A program made the translations under genes and the position numbers. From contig JBAZGB010000004.1 in assembly GCA_041653135.1 (NCBI GenBank), positions 5,528-69,527 on the forward strand: DNA of 64,000 bases. Reading direction: 5' to 3'. This DNA comes from Eubacteriales bacterium (GTDB taxonomy: Bacteria; Bacillota; Desulfotomaculia; Desulfotomaculales; Nap2-2B). The notes under the pieces were generated by a model that had not been told where the DNA came from, did not search any database, and was given only the letters and a program-made list of their open reading frames with translations. Below are positions 34,244 to 43,389 of the stretch, one piece after another; within the stretch, counting starts at the first letter, position 1; each line of letters starts with the position of its first letter.

Positions 34244-35773
34244 TTATAAAGTGATGTTGCCGTGTTTTTTCTGGGGCCTCGTTTCTCTTTTGTTTGAAAA
34301 AGCCTTTAGCGAGGTTATGATTTTATTCCTTGTCTGTCTGGGATCAATTACATCGTCCACATAGCCTCTAGCACATGAAATGTAAGGGTTGGCAAATTTA
34401 GCGCGGTATTCTGCCTCAAGTTTTTCGCGCATTTCCTGCGGGTTTTCAGATTTAGAGATTTCACTGTGATAAATAATATTAACTGCTCCTTCAGGACCCA
34501 TTACGGCGACTTCTGCGTTTGGCCAGGCAAATATTGCATCAGCCCGCAAGGAACTGCTGCCCATGGCAATATAGGCCCCGCCATAGGCTTTTCGTAAAAT
34601 TACGGTAATTTTAGGCACTGTGGCTTCCGAATAAGCGTATAATATTTTTGCCCCGTGCCGTATAATGCCCCCATATTCCTGAGCAAATCCGGGCAAGAAA
34701 CCCGGAACATCTATTAAAGTTACCACGGGTATGTTAAAACAGTCGCAAAAACGGACAAATCTGGCTATTTTACTCGATGCGTTAATATCCAGGCACCCGG
34801 CAAGATAAGTAGGCTGGTTGGCAATAATACCTGCGGTGCGTCCGTCAAAACGGGCAAAACCTACTACAACGTTTGGCGCATATAAAGCTTGTACTTCGAG
34901 AATTTCTCCGGCGTCAACAATGAGTTTAATTATTCTCCGGACATCATAAGACAGATGTGGTTCTTCGGGTATAATATTAAGCAATTCCTCCTGGTTCCCG
35001 ATAGGTTCCCGTGGATCATACTGTGGAGGTTCTTCTAAATTATTAGACGGCAAATAGCTTAATAATTGGCTGAGAAGGACCATGCATTCCTCCTCGGATT
35101 CTGCAAAAAAATGGGCAACTCCGCTAATTTGGTTATGTGTTAATGCGCCGCCTAGATCTTCCATGCTGACCTCGGCTCCTGTAACGGCTTTGATAACCTG
35201 TGGGCCTGTAATAAACATCCTGCCAATATCTTTAACCATAATAATAAAATCAGTAAGGGCAGGCGAGTATACCGCACCACCGGCGCAAGGGCCCATGATT
35301 ACTGATATCTGTGGAATAACACCCGAAGCTATTGTATTGCGATAAAAAATCTGCCCGTATCCGTCAAGAGCGTCAATTCCTTCCTGTATACGCGCCCCAC
35401 CGGAGTCGTTAAAGCCAATTACAGGCGCTCCTGTTTTTGTGGCCAGATCCAGTACGTTACTAATTTTTACAGCGTGGACTTTGCCAAGTGAACCGCCTGC
35501 GACTGTAAAATCCTGGGCGAAGACAAATATTTTTTGACCGTTAACTGTACCATAGCCTGTTACTACACCTTCTCCCGGGTGTTCGAGATTTGATATGTCC
35601 TCATTTCCTGCAAAAGCATTGGTTTCAACAAAGGTCCCGGGTTCTAACAAAAGATCAATACGCTCGCGTGCAGTTTTTTTGCCGGCTTCATGTTGTTTGT
35701 CTATACGGGCCTTTCCGCCCCCGGCCTCTATTATTTCGCGATGGCTTTTTAGCTGCTCCAGTTTTTTCTGCAC
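34244..35773 (-). CDS. Methylmalonyl-CoA carboxyltransferase 12S subunit / propionyl-CoA carboxylase beta-type carboxyltransferase
   Basis: The 509-aa protein contains GKKTARERIDLLLEPGTFVE, FAQDFTVAGGSLG, GFNDSGGARIQEG and ANQPTYLAGCLDI. Confidence 0.9.
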   Translation of the reverse strand: MQKKLEQLKSHREIIEAGGGKARIDKQHEAGKKTARERIDLLLEPGTFVETNAFAGNEDISNLEHPGEGVVTGYGTVNGQKIFVFAQDFTVAGGSLGKVHAVKISNVLDLATKTGAPVIGFNDSGGARIQEGIDALDGYGQIFYRNTIASGVIPQISVIMGPCAGGAVYSPALTDFIIMVKDIGRMFITGPQVIKAVTGAEVSMEDLGGALTHNQISGVAHFFAESEEECMVLLSQLLSYLPSNNLEEPPQYDPREPIGNQEELLNIIPEEPHLSYDVRRIIKLIVDAGEILEVQALYAPNVVVGFARFDGRTAGIIANQPTYLAGCLDINASSKIARFVRFCDCFNIPVVTLIDVPGFLPGFAQEYGGIIRHGAKILYAYSEATVPKITVILRKAYGGAYIAMGSSSLRADAIFAWPNAEVAVMGPEGAVNIIYHSEISKSENPQEMREKLEAEYRAKFANPYISCARGYVDDVIDPRQTRNKIITSLKAFSNKRETRPQKKHGNITL

Positions 35774-35995
35774 GTTTAGGTCTTAACCTCCTTTATACAA
35801 GCATAGACACTGTTGTAATATCATCATTCATGTGGACTGGCATAAACTGTATTTAAAATGTTCACCATTTGTAATATAAATCCTTCCTGGCTGCACAAAA
35901 TTTCTTTTTTCTGTTTTTAAAATACCATCTTATGTATTATAATCAAGATAATTGCCAATTAAAAACTTTACTATGAGAAAAGAGGTATTTGCACC

Positions 35996-36607
35996 TTGTT
36001 ATCCCAACTCACCCCCCGTGAACAGCAGATACTTGACGTTATAAAAAGGATAATTCAAGTTAAGGGGTATCCCCCGTCCGTCAGGGAAATCGGCCAGCTT
36101 GTCGGCCTGAACTCAAGTTCTACAGTACATGGCTATTTACAGCGCCTTGAACAAAAAGGTTTTTTGCACCGTGATTCGAGCAAGCCCCGTGCCCTGGAAC
36201 TTACAGGCGCCCCGCCAAGGCTCCAAAACACCACTGTTCATTATGTGCCGGTTTTGGGCAGGGTTTCTGCGGGCGATCCTTTTCTGGCTGTCGAAAATCC
36301 GGAGGAAGTCATGCCTGTTCCGGTTGAACTGACAGGCCAGGGCGAATTTTTTCTCCTCAGGGTACATGGAGAAAGCATGATCAAATCGGGTATTCTGGAT
36401 GGGGATCTGGTAGTCGTTCGACGCCAGCAGACAGCTGATAATGGTGATATAATCGTTGCCTTGCTTGGTGAAGAAGTTACCGTAAAACGTTTTTTCCTGG
36501 AGGAAGATCATGTCCGGCTTCAACCCGAAAACGATTTGCTATCCCCTATCATTGTTAAAGATATTAATATATTAGGTAAAGTTACTGCCCTGCTGAGGAA
36601 ACTATAA
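35996..36607 (+). CDS. lexA: LexA repressor
   Basis: The sequence includes LTPREQQILDVIKRIIQVKGYPPSVREIGQLVGLNSSSTVHGYLQRLEQKGFL and the Ala-Gly cleavage region VLGRVSAGDP. The S24 peptidase residues are in GESM...VVVRRQ...GDIIVA. Confidence 0.9.
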   Translation: MLSQLTPREQQILDVIKRIIQVKGYPPSVREIGQLVGLNSSSTVHGYLQRLEQKGFLHRDSSKPRALELTGAPPRLQNTTVHYVPVLGRVSAGDPFLAVENPEEVMPVPVELTGQGEFFLLRVHGESMIKSGILDGDLVVVRRQQTADNGDIIVALLGEEVTVKRFFLEEDHVRLQPENDLLSPIIVKDINILGKVTALLRKL

Positions 36608-37876
36608 TTTTACTTTACCGGATTTCCTTGCATCCTGCTTTACATTAAGCACTTTTCTGGCTGCGTTTAAAACTGCTATCTTAACATATTCTTTTGATAA
36701 ACCACCCTGCATGTAAACAATATATGGTTCCCTCAAAGGCGCATCAGCGCTTAGTTCTGAGGATGCCCCCTGGATGAAGGTCCCGGCAGCCATAATTACT
36801 TTATCCTGATAACCGGGAAGGTTTGAGGGCTCCGGGCGCACATAAGAGTCTACCGGCGAGGCTTCCTGTATACCAATGCAGAAGGCTTGTACACGTTCCG
36901 GCGCCCCAAGAAAGATACGCTGCACTATATCAGTCCGGGGTTCATCGTAAGCTGGAGAGACATCAAAGCCTAACCTTTCAAAGAAACGGGCTGTAAAAAT
37001 TGCGCCTTTCAGCGATTCTGCCACAGTATGCGGCGCCAGGTACAGTCCCTGATACAACAGCCGTTGAAAATCGGGCGACGGGCCCACTTCTTTGCCAATA
37101 CCCGGTGCGGACCACCTTCCTGCAGCCACTTCCACGAGATCCTTACGCCCTGCAATATAACCCCCGCTGGGAGCCAATCCCCCGCCGGGATTTTTGATCA
37201 GTGAACCAGCAGTTAAATCAGCGCCTGCCGCAGGTGGTTCAATTTCCTCAACAAATTCTCCGTAACAGTTGTCAACGCAGGTAATTATACCCGGGCGCAA
37301 TCTCTTAACAAACAAAATCAGCTTTTTCAAGTCTTCAATTCTTAAAGAACGATGGTTTGAATAACCTGAGGAACGCTGTATTAAAAGCATCTTTGTTCGC
37401 GGATTAACCGCTTTGGTTATGGAGTCCCAATCAAGTTCTCCGTCCCCGCCAAGTTCTGCCTGACGGTAAACAACGCCAAGATCCTTAAGGCTTCCTTCGG
37501 CGCCGCCTTTAACCCCGATAATCTCCTGAAGTGTGTCGTATAAAGGACCCTGAACGGATAAAAGTTCATCGCCAGGGCGCAGGACTCCAAAAAGACAAAT
37601 CGCTATTGCATGGGTGCCGCTTATAATTTGTCCTCTGACCAGAGCATCTTCCGAACCAAAGATCATGGCGTAAAGCTTTTCTAAAGTATCACGCCCCTGA
37701 TCGCCGTAACCATAACCTGTTGTACCGCGTAAATGAAAATCACTTACTTTTAAATTTCGAAAAGCTTTCAATACCCGGGAATGATTTATACCCGCTTTTT
37801 TGTCGGCTTCACGGTATAATGGTTGAATCTCTTCTTCAACTTCATTGACAAGGTCTGTCAGATCTTTAATTCCCAT
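36602..37876 (-). CDS. ynbB: YnbB-type PLP-dependent enzyme (aluminium-resistance / Met-gamma-lyase-like family)
   Basis: The sequence is VLKAFRNLKVSDFHLRGTTGYGYGDQGRDTLEKLYAMIFGSEDALVRGQIISGTHAI, which is characteristic of this family as recalled. Confidence 0.75.
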   Translation of the reverse strand: MGIKDLTDLVNEVEEEIQPLYREADKKAGINHSRVLKAFRNLKVSDFHLRGTTGYGYGDQGRDTLEKLYAMIFGSEDALVRGQIISGTHAIAICLFGVLRPGDELLSVQGPLYDTLQEIIGVKGGAEGSLKDLGVVYRQAELGGDGELDWDSITKAVNPRTKMLLIQRSSGYSNHRSLRIEDLKKLILFVKRLRPGIITCVDNCYGEFVEEIEPPAAGADLTAGSLIKNPGGGLAPSGGYIAGRKDLVEVAAGRWSAPGIGKEVGPSPDFQRLLYQGLYLAPHTVAESLKGAIFTARFFERLGFDVSPAYDEPRTDIVQRIFLGAPERVQAFCIGIQEASPVDSYVRPEPSNLPGYQDKVIMAAGTFIQGASSELSADAPLREPYIVYMQGGLSKEYVKIAVLNAARKVLNVKQDARKSGKVKL

Positions 37877-38136
37877 AAACTGTTTCTCCCGGTTTCACCT
37901 ACTGGATTTCCCTTAAAAATCATGTGCAGAACCTGGGGTTCAGTTGGAAGCTTTTCCTTTAGCCTCCTTTTCTGAATCTCTACAAAGGCAGATATCTCCG
38001 CAACCAGCTTTTTTATTTCCTGTAACCCGACCAAGGAATCCAACTCGGTTAATACATGTTCAACATTGGGAAAATTACAATCCGGGTTTTCAGTCTTTTT
38101 TTTGCCGTTGTTCTGCCACAGCCTAATCCTCATCAA
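37858..38136 (-). pseudogene. spoVK: N-terminal fragment of a SpoVK-type AAA+ ATPase gene (truncated just before Walker A)
   Basis: LTELDSLVGLQEIKKLVAEISAFVEIQKRRLKEKLPTEPQVLHMIFKGNP matches the SpoVK N-terminus. The expected GTGKTT is replaced by VGETGRNSLWELKI*. That sequence is in fact the ynbB RBS/start region read in another frame. Confidence 0.6.
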
Positions 38137-38216
38137 AGCAAGTCACCTCTTTGTCTGTCTTACTTTAAATATACGTCAGAAGGTAACTTGCCTGACCTTA
38201 AAAGTTTTAGGATTGA

Positions 38217-39011
38217 TTAAAACCTGGCTGAGAGCAGAGATTCCTCACACGAGCAGTTTCTTTTGCCGGGTATTGCTTCAATGGCTGCGTATAACAGGTC
38301 TCTAAGCCGGTCGTTGTTTTCATTAAAGACTTTAAAAACCTCTTCATGGCTTACCGGGTTGATGAACTCTTCCCCTTCCAGGCCCACGTCATAATCGGTG
38401 ATTAAAGATATGTTTACATAACAGATTCCCAGTTCACGGGCCAAGATTGTTTCGGGATATTGGGTCATGTTAATTACTTCCCAGCCCATTTTCGTAAACC
38501 AACGGCTTTCCGACCGCGTAGAAAAGCGGGGTCCCTGGACGACGACTACGGTTCCCTGCTCATGCAGAGATAAACCGAGTTCCTTGCCCTTGTCGATGAC
38601 AAGTTTACGCATTTCCGGGCAATAGGGATCGGCTGCTCCGATATGGGTTGTAATGGGACCATCATAGAAGGTATCCCCCCTGCCCCATGTCCTGTCTACG
38701 AACTGGCCGCAGATTACAAAGTCTCCTCTTCTAACGCGGGCTTGAAGGCTCCCCGCCGCGCATGGCCCGAATATCCTGGTTACACCCAATTTAGACATCG
38801 CATAGACATTAGCCCTGTAATTGATCATGTGGGGCGGTATGGTATGTTCCTTTCCATGCCGGGGCAAAAAGGCAATCCGTTTACCTTTGAAATCAGCTAT
38901 GGCTATCTTGTCACTCGGCGGTCCATAAGGGGTCTCGATTTTATATTCCTTTACGTTATCAAGAAAATGGTAAAAACCAGAACCTCCAAAAATACCTATT
39001 TCGGCCTCCAT
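38217..39011 (-). CDS. mtnP: S-methyl-5'-thioadenosine phosphorylase (MTAP family), copy 1
   Basis: Track ORF runs to 39086. ATG 39011 follows GAGAGGTG. The sequence is IGIFGGSGFY...PYGPPSDKIAIADFKGKRIAFLPRHGKEHTIPPHMINYRANVYAM. Confidence 0.85.
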   Translation of the reverse strand: MEAEIGIFGGSGFYHFLDNVKEYKIETPYGPPSDKIAIADFKGKRIAFLPRHGKEHTIPPHMINYRANVYAMSKLGVTRIFGPCAAGSLQARVRRGDFVICGQFVDRTWGRGDTFYDGPITTHIGAADPYCPEMRKLVIDKGKELGLSLHEQGTVVVVQGPRFSTRSESRWFTKMGWEVINMTQYPETILARELGICYVNISLITDYDVGLEGEEFINPVSHEEVFKVFNENNDRLRDLLYAAIEAIPGKRNCSCEESLLSARF

Positions 39012-39051
39012 GGTTTCACCTCTCAAAAAGTTTTTAAAACTATGATAAATT

Positions 39052-39597
39052 TTACTCCTTGTATTGCAGCAGTGAAAAGATATCATACTGCTGGAGCTTG
39101 TCCCTTCCGTTCAGCAGGGCGAGTTCGATTAAGAAAGCGAATCCGTTGACCCTGCCCCCGCATTTTTCAACAAGATCAGCTGCTGCGGCGGCTGTTCCGC
39201 CTGTGGCTAAAAGGTCGTCAATTATAACTACTCCTTCTTCCTTATTGAAGACGTCCATGTGCATTTCCACGGATTCCTGCCCATATTCCAGGAAGTAGCT
39301 CGCTTTTACTGTTGCAGCAGGTAATTTTCCTTTTTTGCGGACAGGAAGGAAAGGGACTTTGAGACGATCAGCAATTGCTCCGCCAAAGATAAAACCCCGG
39401 GATTCAATAGCTACTATGGCCTCCGCATTTTTTTGAATGCAGTATTCGGCAAGCATATCGTTTACCTGGCTAAAAAGAGGCCCATCCTGCAAAAGGGTTG
39501 TTATATCCCGAAAAAGGATCCCCTTTTTTGGAAAATCAGGAATCGCCCTTATTTTATTCTTCATAATATTTTCTTGCTCAGGAGTCATATTCACCAC
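39052..39597 (-). CDS. apt: Adenine phosphoribosyltransferase
   Basis: The sequence is IRAIPDFPKKGILFRDITTLL...VVIIDDLLATGGTAAAA (PRPP motif). The start is uncertain between 39588 and 39597. Confidence 0.9.
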   Translation of the reverse strand: MVNMTPEQENIMKNKIRAIPDFPKKGILFRDITTLLQDGPLFSQVNDMLAEYCIQKNAEAIVAIESRGFIFGGAIADRLKVPFLPVRKKGKLPAATVKASYFLEYGQESVEMHMDVFNKEEGVVIIDDLLATGGTAAAAADLVEKCGGRVNGFAFLIELALLNGRDKLQQYDIFSLLQYKE

Positions 39598-39617
39598 TTA
39601 CACCTCTCATTATTTTT

Positions 39618-40862
39618 TTAGGTCCCGGATTGCCAGGAGCCGAGATATTCCACTTGCTCGGCAGTCAGCGACTCGATTTTCACACCGAGGCTTTCCAATT
39701 TTAATCGGGCTACCAGGGAATCAATTTCTTCCGGTACCGGATAAACCTTTTTTTTCAGCTTTTTTTGGTTTTTGACAAGCCAGGCTGAAACCAGAGCCTG
39801 GTTAGCAAAGCTCATGTCCATAACCTGCGCAGGGTGCCCTTCCGCCGCAGCAAGGTTAATCAGGCGTCCCTCGGCCAGCAAAAAGAGCTTTCTGCCGTCC
39901 GCCATTTGATACTGGACGACATTCTCCTTAACGTCTTTTTGCTCTACCGCTTCCTGGGCTAAAGCTTCAATGTTGATTTCTACATTGAAATGGCCTGAAT
40001 TGGCCAGGATGGCCCCGTCTTTCATAACTTCAAAGTGCTTGCGGTCAATAACATTTTTATTGCCGGTTACAGTGAGAAAAATATCCCCTGCAGTTGACGC
40101 GTCTGTCATATCCTTTACCTGAAAACCATCCATCAAAGCTTCGAGGGCTCTTAAAGGATCTACTTCAACGACTGAAACATTTGCCCCCATTCCTCTTGCT
40201 TTGGCAGCGACGCCCTTTCCGCACCATCCATAACCTACGACAACAAAATTTGTTCCGGCAATGAGGTAGTTGGTAGAGCGTAAGATCCCGTCAAGTGATG
40301 ATTGACCGGTCCCGTACCGGTTATCAAAAAGATGTTTGGTAAGTGCGTCATTTACAGCAACAATCGGATATGCTAAAGCGCCGCTTTTTTCCATGGAACG
40401 CAGCCTGATCACTCCCGTGGTTGTTTCTTCAGTTCCTGCCAGAATATCCTTAAGGAGTTCTTTTTTCTGGGTATGGATTGTGCTTACCAAATCAGCTCCG
40501 TCGTCCATGGTGATTTGAGGCGCCGTATCCAAAACGTTCAGTATATGCTGGTAATATGTACTTGTATCTTCACCGCGTTTGGCGTAGGTGGGAATTTCAT
40601 AAGCGCTGTTCAGTGCCGCTGCAACATCGTCCTGTGTGCTCAAGGGATTTGAAGCGCACAGGGAAACTGAAGCCCCTCCTTCTTTTAAAGCTATGACCAG
40701 ATTTGCAGTTTCGGTTGTAACATGCAGGCATGCTCCGATCCTGATTCCCTTTAAAGGTTTTTCCTCTTTCCATTTTTCCGCTATTGCGCTTACGACAGGC
40801 ATCTTTATACGAGCCCAATTAATCCTGGCGACACCTTTTTGCACAAGCTCTTTTTTAGTCAT
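39618..40862 (-). CDS. ahcY: Adenosylhomocysteinase (SAH hydrolase)
   Basis: The 414-aa protein contains LKGIRIGACLHVTTETANL, DDGADL and the NAD site VVGYGWCGKGVA, plus HFNVEI. Its start overlaps the upstream stop (TGATG). Confidence 0.9.
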   Translation of the reverse strand: MTKKELVQKGVARINWARIKMPVVSAIAEKWKEEKPLKGIRIGACLHVTTETANLVIALKEGGASVSLCASNPLSTQDDVAAALNSAYEIPTYAKRGEDTSTYYQHILNVLDTAPQITMDDGADLVSTIHTQKKELLKDILAGTEETTTGVIRLRSMEKSGALAYPIVAVNDALTKHLFDNRYGTGQSSLDGILRSTNYLIAGTNFVVVGYGWCGKGVAAKARGMGANVSVVEVDPLRALEALMDGFQVKDMTDASTAGDIFLTVTGNKNVIDRKHFEVMKDGAILANSGHFNVEINIEALAQEAVEQKDVKENVVQYQMADGRKLFLLAEGRLINLAAAEGHPAQVMDMSFANQALVSAWLVKNQKKLKKKVYPVPEEIDSLVARLKLESLGVKIESLTAEQVEYLGSWQSGT

Positions 40863-41245
40863 CAGATAACTCCTTTTATTAAAAAAGTCTTTAAATCACA
40901 GAAGTACTTCAGCTGGCAGATATGCTCAACCGAACAGGTGTAAACGTACGCCTGTTCAAGTGTCTCACCGGCGGCAAAAATACCATGTCCCTTTGTTATT
41001 GCCGCCTTATGATTAACAAGAGCGTTTGCAGCGTTTCCTTTTTGAATATTTACCTCGACCAGCATTTGTTCATTAATTTCATCTAAAAGGCAGCCGCTTT
41101 TGGTGATCAGCAGTGTATCCCCTCTGCGCATACTAATATTTCCAAAATGTGAGTGGTTCAAGCCATAAGCCACTAACTTTTTTCCGTATTTTTCTATCTC
41201 CTGCCACATGTAAAATTCCACCATACCCTTAACGCTGACACTCAA
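40862..41245 (-). CDS. Shortened class II aldolase/adducin-domain protein (central region absent; possibly non-functional)
   Basis: The N-terminal region is HFGNISMRRGDTLLITKSGCLLDEI and the C-terminal region is GHGIFAAGETLEQAYVYTCSVEH. The protein is only 127 aa against ~200 aa typical, so the stretch that normally carries the Zn-binding His residues is missing. The start may be at 41224 or 41209. Confidence 0.55.
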   Translation of the reverse strand: MSVSVKGMVEFYMWQEIEKYGKKLVAYGLNHSHFGNISMRRGDTLLITKSGCLLDEINEQMLVEVNIQKGNAANALVNHKAAITKGHGIFAAGETLEQAYVYTCSVEHICQLKYFCDLKTFLIKGVI

Positions 41246-42257
41246 TAATTACTTTTACAGAATCCCGACCGGAAACGACATGCTGAAAACCGGTTCCCGT
41301 ATCCGAAAGTCCCAGCCGGTGGGTGATCATATCTTTTAGGTTAATCCTCTTGTACTGAATTAATTTCAGCGCTGTCCGATAGTCTTCAGGCGAACCTGCG
41401 TAAGAAGTTGTGAGAGTAATGTCTTTTCTCCAGAAAAGATCGTTTATGGAAAGCGGTATTGTAACATCCGGACCGGTGGGTGCAAAAAATAACACTGTAC
41501 CTCCCCGTTCTACCAGGCTGAGCGCCTGCATGACAGCTGTGGTTGCGCCTGTGCATACAATAACCAGGTCCGCAAGGCGGTTGTCGTTGTTCCGGCGAAG
41601 GCAGAGAGATATATCCTGATCTGCAAAGATACTGCAATCGGCGCCCAACAGGCGTGCTTTTTCGAGCCTGAAACTGTTTGTATCCGTTGCTAGAATAAAT
41701 CCGGCCCCCATTATACGGGCAAGGTTGATATGCAACAGTCCGGCCGTCCCGCTGCCCAGGACGAGTACGCACTGGCCCTGCCGCAAACGGGCATTCCTTT
41801 GGGCGCGCAGTACGCAGGCTAACGGTTCAACAAAAGTCGCCTCTTCAAAAGATACGTCCGGCGGCAGAAGAAAAACGCCCCTGTCGACATTGATTGAAGG
41901 TATGCGGGCATATTCGGCAAATCCGCCCGGGTCTATGTTAGTCTGATGAAGAGTGTCGCAGGCGGTTTGGTGGCCGGATAAACAGTAGTGGCAAGTATTG
42001 CAGGGGACGTGGTGTGCAATTACAACGCGGTCCCCTTTCCTGAACCGGCTTACCTTGCCGCCTGCTTCGGCGACATCCCCGGCCAGTTCATGGCCTAAAA
42101 CGAGCGGTACCTTATGCAGCCTGTACCATTCCATAACATCACTGCCGCATATGCCGCATGCCTGAACCCGCACCAGCAGTTCATCCTGGCCAATAGCCGG
42201 CACAGGTCTGTCTTCAATGCGGATATCTTTATTGCTGTAATACGTTGCTACACGCAA
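41229..42257 (-). CDS. Zinc-dependent medium-chain alcohol dehydrogenase
   Basis: Motifs are VQACGICGSDVMEW, GHELAGDV, the structural-zinc cluster CNTCHYCLSGHQTAC, and the Rossmann motif VLGSGTAGLL. Confidence 0.85.
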   Translation of the reverse strand: MRVATYYSNKDIRIEDRPVPAIGQDELLVRVQACGICGSDVMEWYRLHKVPLVLGHELAGDVAEAGGKVSRFRKGDRVVIAHHVPCNTCHYCLSGHQTACDTLHQTNIDPGGFAEYARIPSINVDRGVFLLPPDVSFEEATFVEPLACVLRAQRNARLRQGQCVLVLGSGTAGLLHINLARIMGAGFILATDTNSFRLEKARLLGADCSIFADQDISLCLRRNNDNRLADLVIVCTGATTAVMQALSLVERGGTVLFFAPTGPDVTIPLSINDLFWRKDITLTTSYAGSPEDYRTALKLIQYKRINLKDMITHRLGLSDTGTGFQHVVSGRDSVKVIIECQR

Positions 42258-42279
42258 TTGCCTGGCTCTCCTGTTCTTC

Positions 42280-43086
42280 TCAGCCTTTTTTTATTTGTTC
42301 TTCTTTCCCGGCGCTGAAGATTTCAAAAGCTTCTTTTGCCGTGGCATTATTGTGGATAATAGCCCGGATAGCCTTAATCATTGGGACCGGAAAATCTGAT
42401 TGCCATATATTTCTGCCCATGTCAACTCCCCTGGCCCCGCAGGAAATAGCGCTATGCGTCAACTCAAGCACGTCGAGTTCGGTTTCCAGTTTGGGCCCGC
42501 CCGCAATGACAACCGGAACGGGGCATCCCTGGACGACTTTTTCAAAGTTGTCACAGTAATATGTTTTTACCATGTGGGCGCCAAGTTCGGCGGCAATCCG
42601 GCAGCATAAAGACAAATAGCGAGAATCTCTTTTTTCCAATCCCTTGCCTACTGCGGTTACAGCAAGCACAGGTATCCCGTATTCTTCCCCCTCGTTTACC
42701 AGGGCGGAAAGGTTTAAAAGAGAATCATGTTCATAGTCGGTGCCTACGAAAATTGACAGTCCAACGCCGCACACATTCAACCGGACGGCGTCGCGAAGAG
42801 AAGTTGTTATCCCCTCATTGGCCAGGTCTTTGCCAACAACACTTGTTCCTCCTGAAACCCTTAAAACTATCGGTGTACTGGTTTCATCGCTGACGGAAGA
42901 CCTCAGGACACCTCTGGTAATAAACAGGGCATCGCAATAAGGAAGAAGCGGCTCTATAGTTTGGCCCGGGTTTTCCAACTTATTTGTTGGCCCTAAAAAA
43001 TAACCGTGGTCCACTGCCAGCATTACCGCACGACCAGATTCAGGTTTGAAGATCTGAGAAAGCCGGTTTTTCATTCCCCAGTCCAT
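42280..43086 (-). CDS. Class I aldolase of the DhnA/FbaB/LsrF (DeoC-like) family
   Basis: The sequence is GRAVMLAVDHGYFLGP...ALFITRGVLRS...VGTDYEH...GAHMVKTYY (candidate Schiff-base Lys)...VVIAGGPK...GARGVDMGRNIWQ. Confidence 0.8.
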   Translation of the reverse strand: MDWGMKNRLSQIFKPESGRAVMLAVDHGYFLGPTNKLENPGQTIEPLLPYCDALFITRGVLRSSVSDETSTPIVLRVSGGTSVVGKDLANEGITTSLRDAVRLNVCGVGLSIFVGTDYEHDSLLNLSALVNEGEEYGIPVLAVTAVGKGLEKRDSRYLSLCCRIAAELGAHMVKTYYCDNFEKVVQGCPVPVVIAGGPKLETELDVLELTHSAISCGARGVDMGRNIWQSDFPVPMIKAIRAIIHNNATAKEAFEIFSAGKEEQIKKG

Positions 43087-43140
43087 CTTACTAACCCCTC
43101 CTAAATTTTTATAATTCTACCCTGAAAATTAACTTGTATT

Positions 43141-43320
43141 AGGGAGGTCAACTGTCTACGTGCTCATGTTCGCCTCTTATACTTGTACGAACTCGCTCAC
43201 CCTCGGGCTCGTTCAAAACTCGGCGGCTTATGCGCCTCAAACAATTCCCTCGCTTAACCTCGGGTTCACTTGTTCTTTGAATGAAGGCTTAAAAATCGCA
43301 CTTAAGGCATTGACCTCCCT
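43141..43320. repeat. 180-bp intergenic element bounded by a perfect 11-bp inverted repeat (MITE-like or structured leader)
   Basis: AGGGAGGTCAA at 43141-43151 pairs with TTGACCTCCCT at 43310-43320. Internal sub-repeats are CCCTCGGGCTCGTTCAAAACTCGG and CCTCGGGTTCACTTGTTC, plus local hairpins. Confidence 0.4.
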
Positions 43321-43389
43321 TTATTGATGAATTTCCATTATCCTGATAGCGCTGTATTAGTGGCATGGATGTCTAACTGTGGAATCACT

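Noticed and set aside
35774-35995. LexA (Cheo/SOS) box upstream of lexA
   Set aside because: No GAAC-N4-GTTC or close variant is visible in the 222-nt divergent promoter region. I therefore do not annotate an operator. The local consensus may differ from the Bacillus one.
43087-43389. SAM (S-box), SAM/SAH or SAH riboswitch, or a T-box, upstream of the class I aldolase
   Set aside because: The S-box kink-turn/GAGGGA...GCAACC pattern, the T-box GGUGGUACCGCG motif and the SAH-riboswitch core were not found on either strand. I kept the region as an unexplained inverted-repeat element instead.
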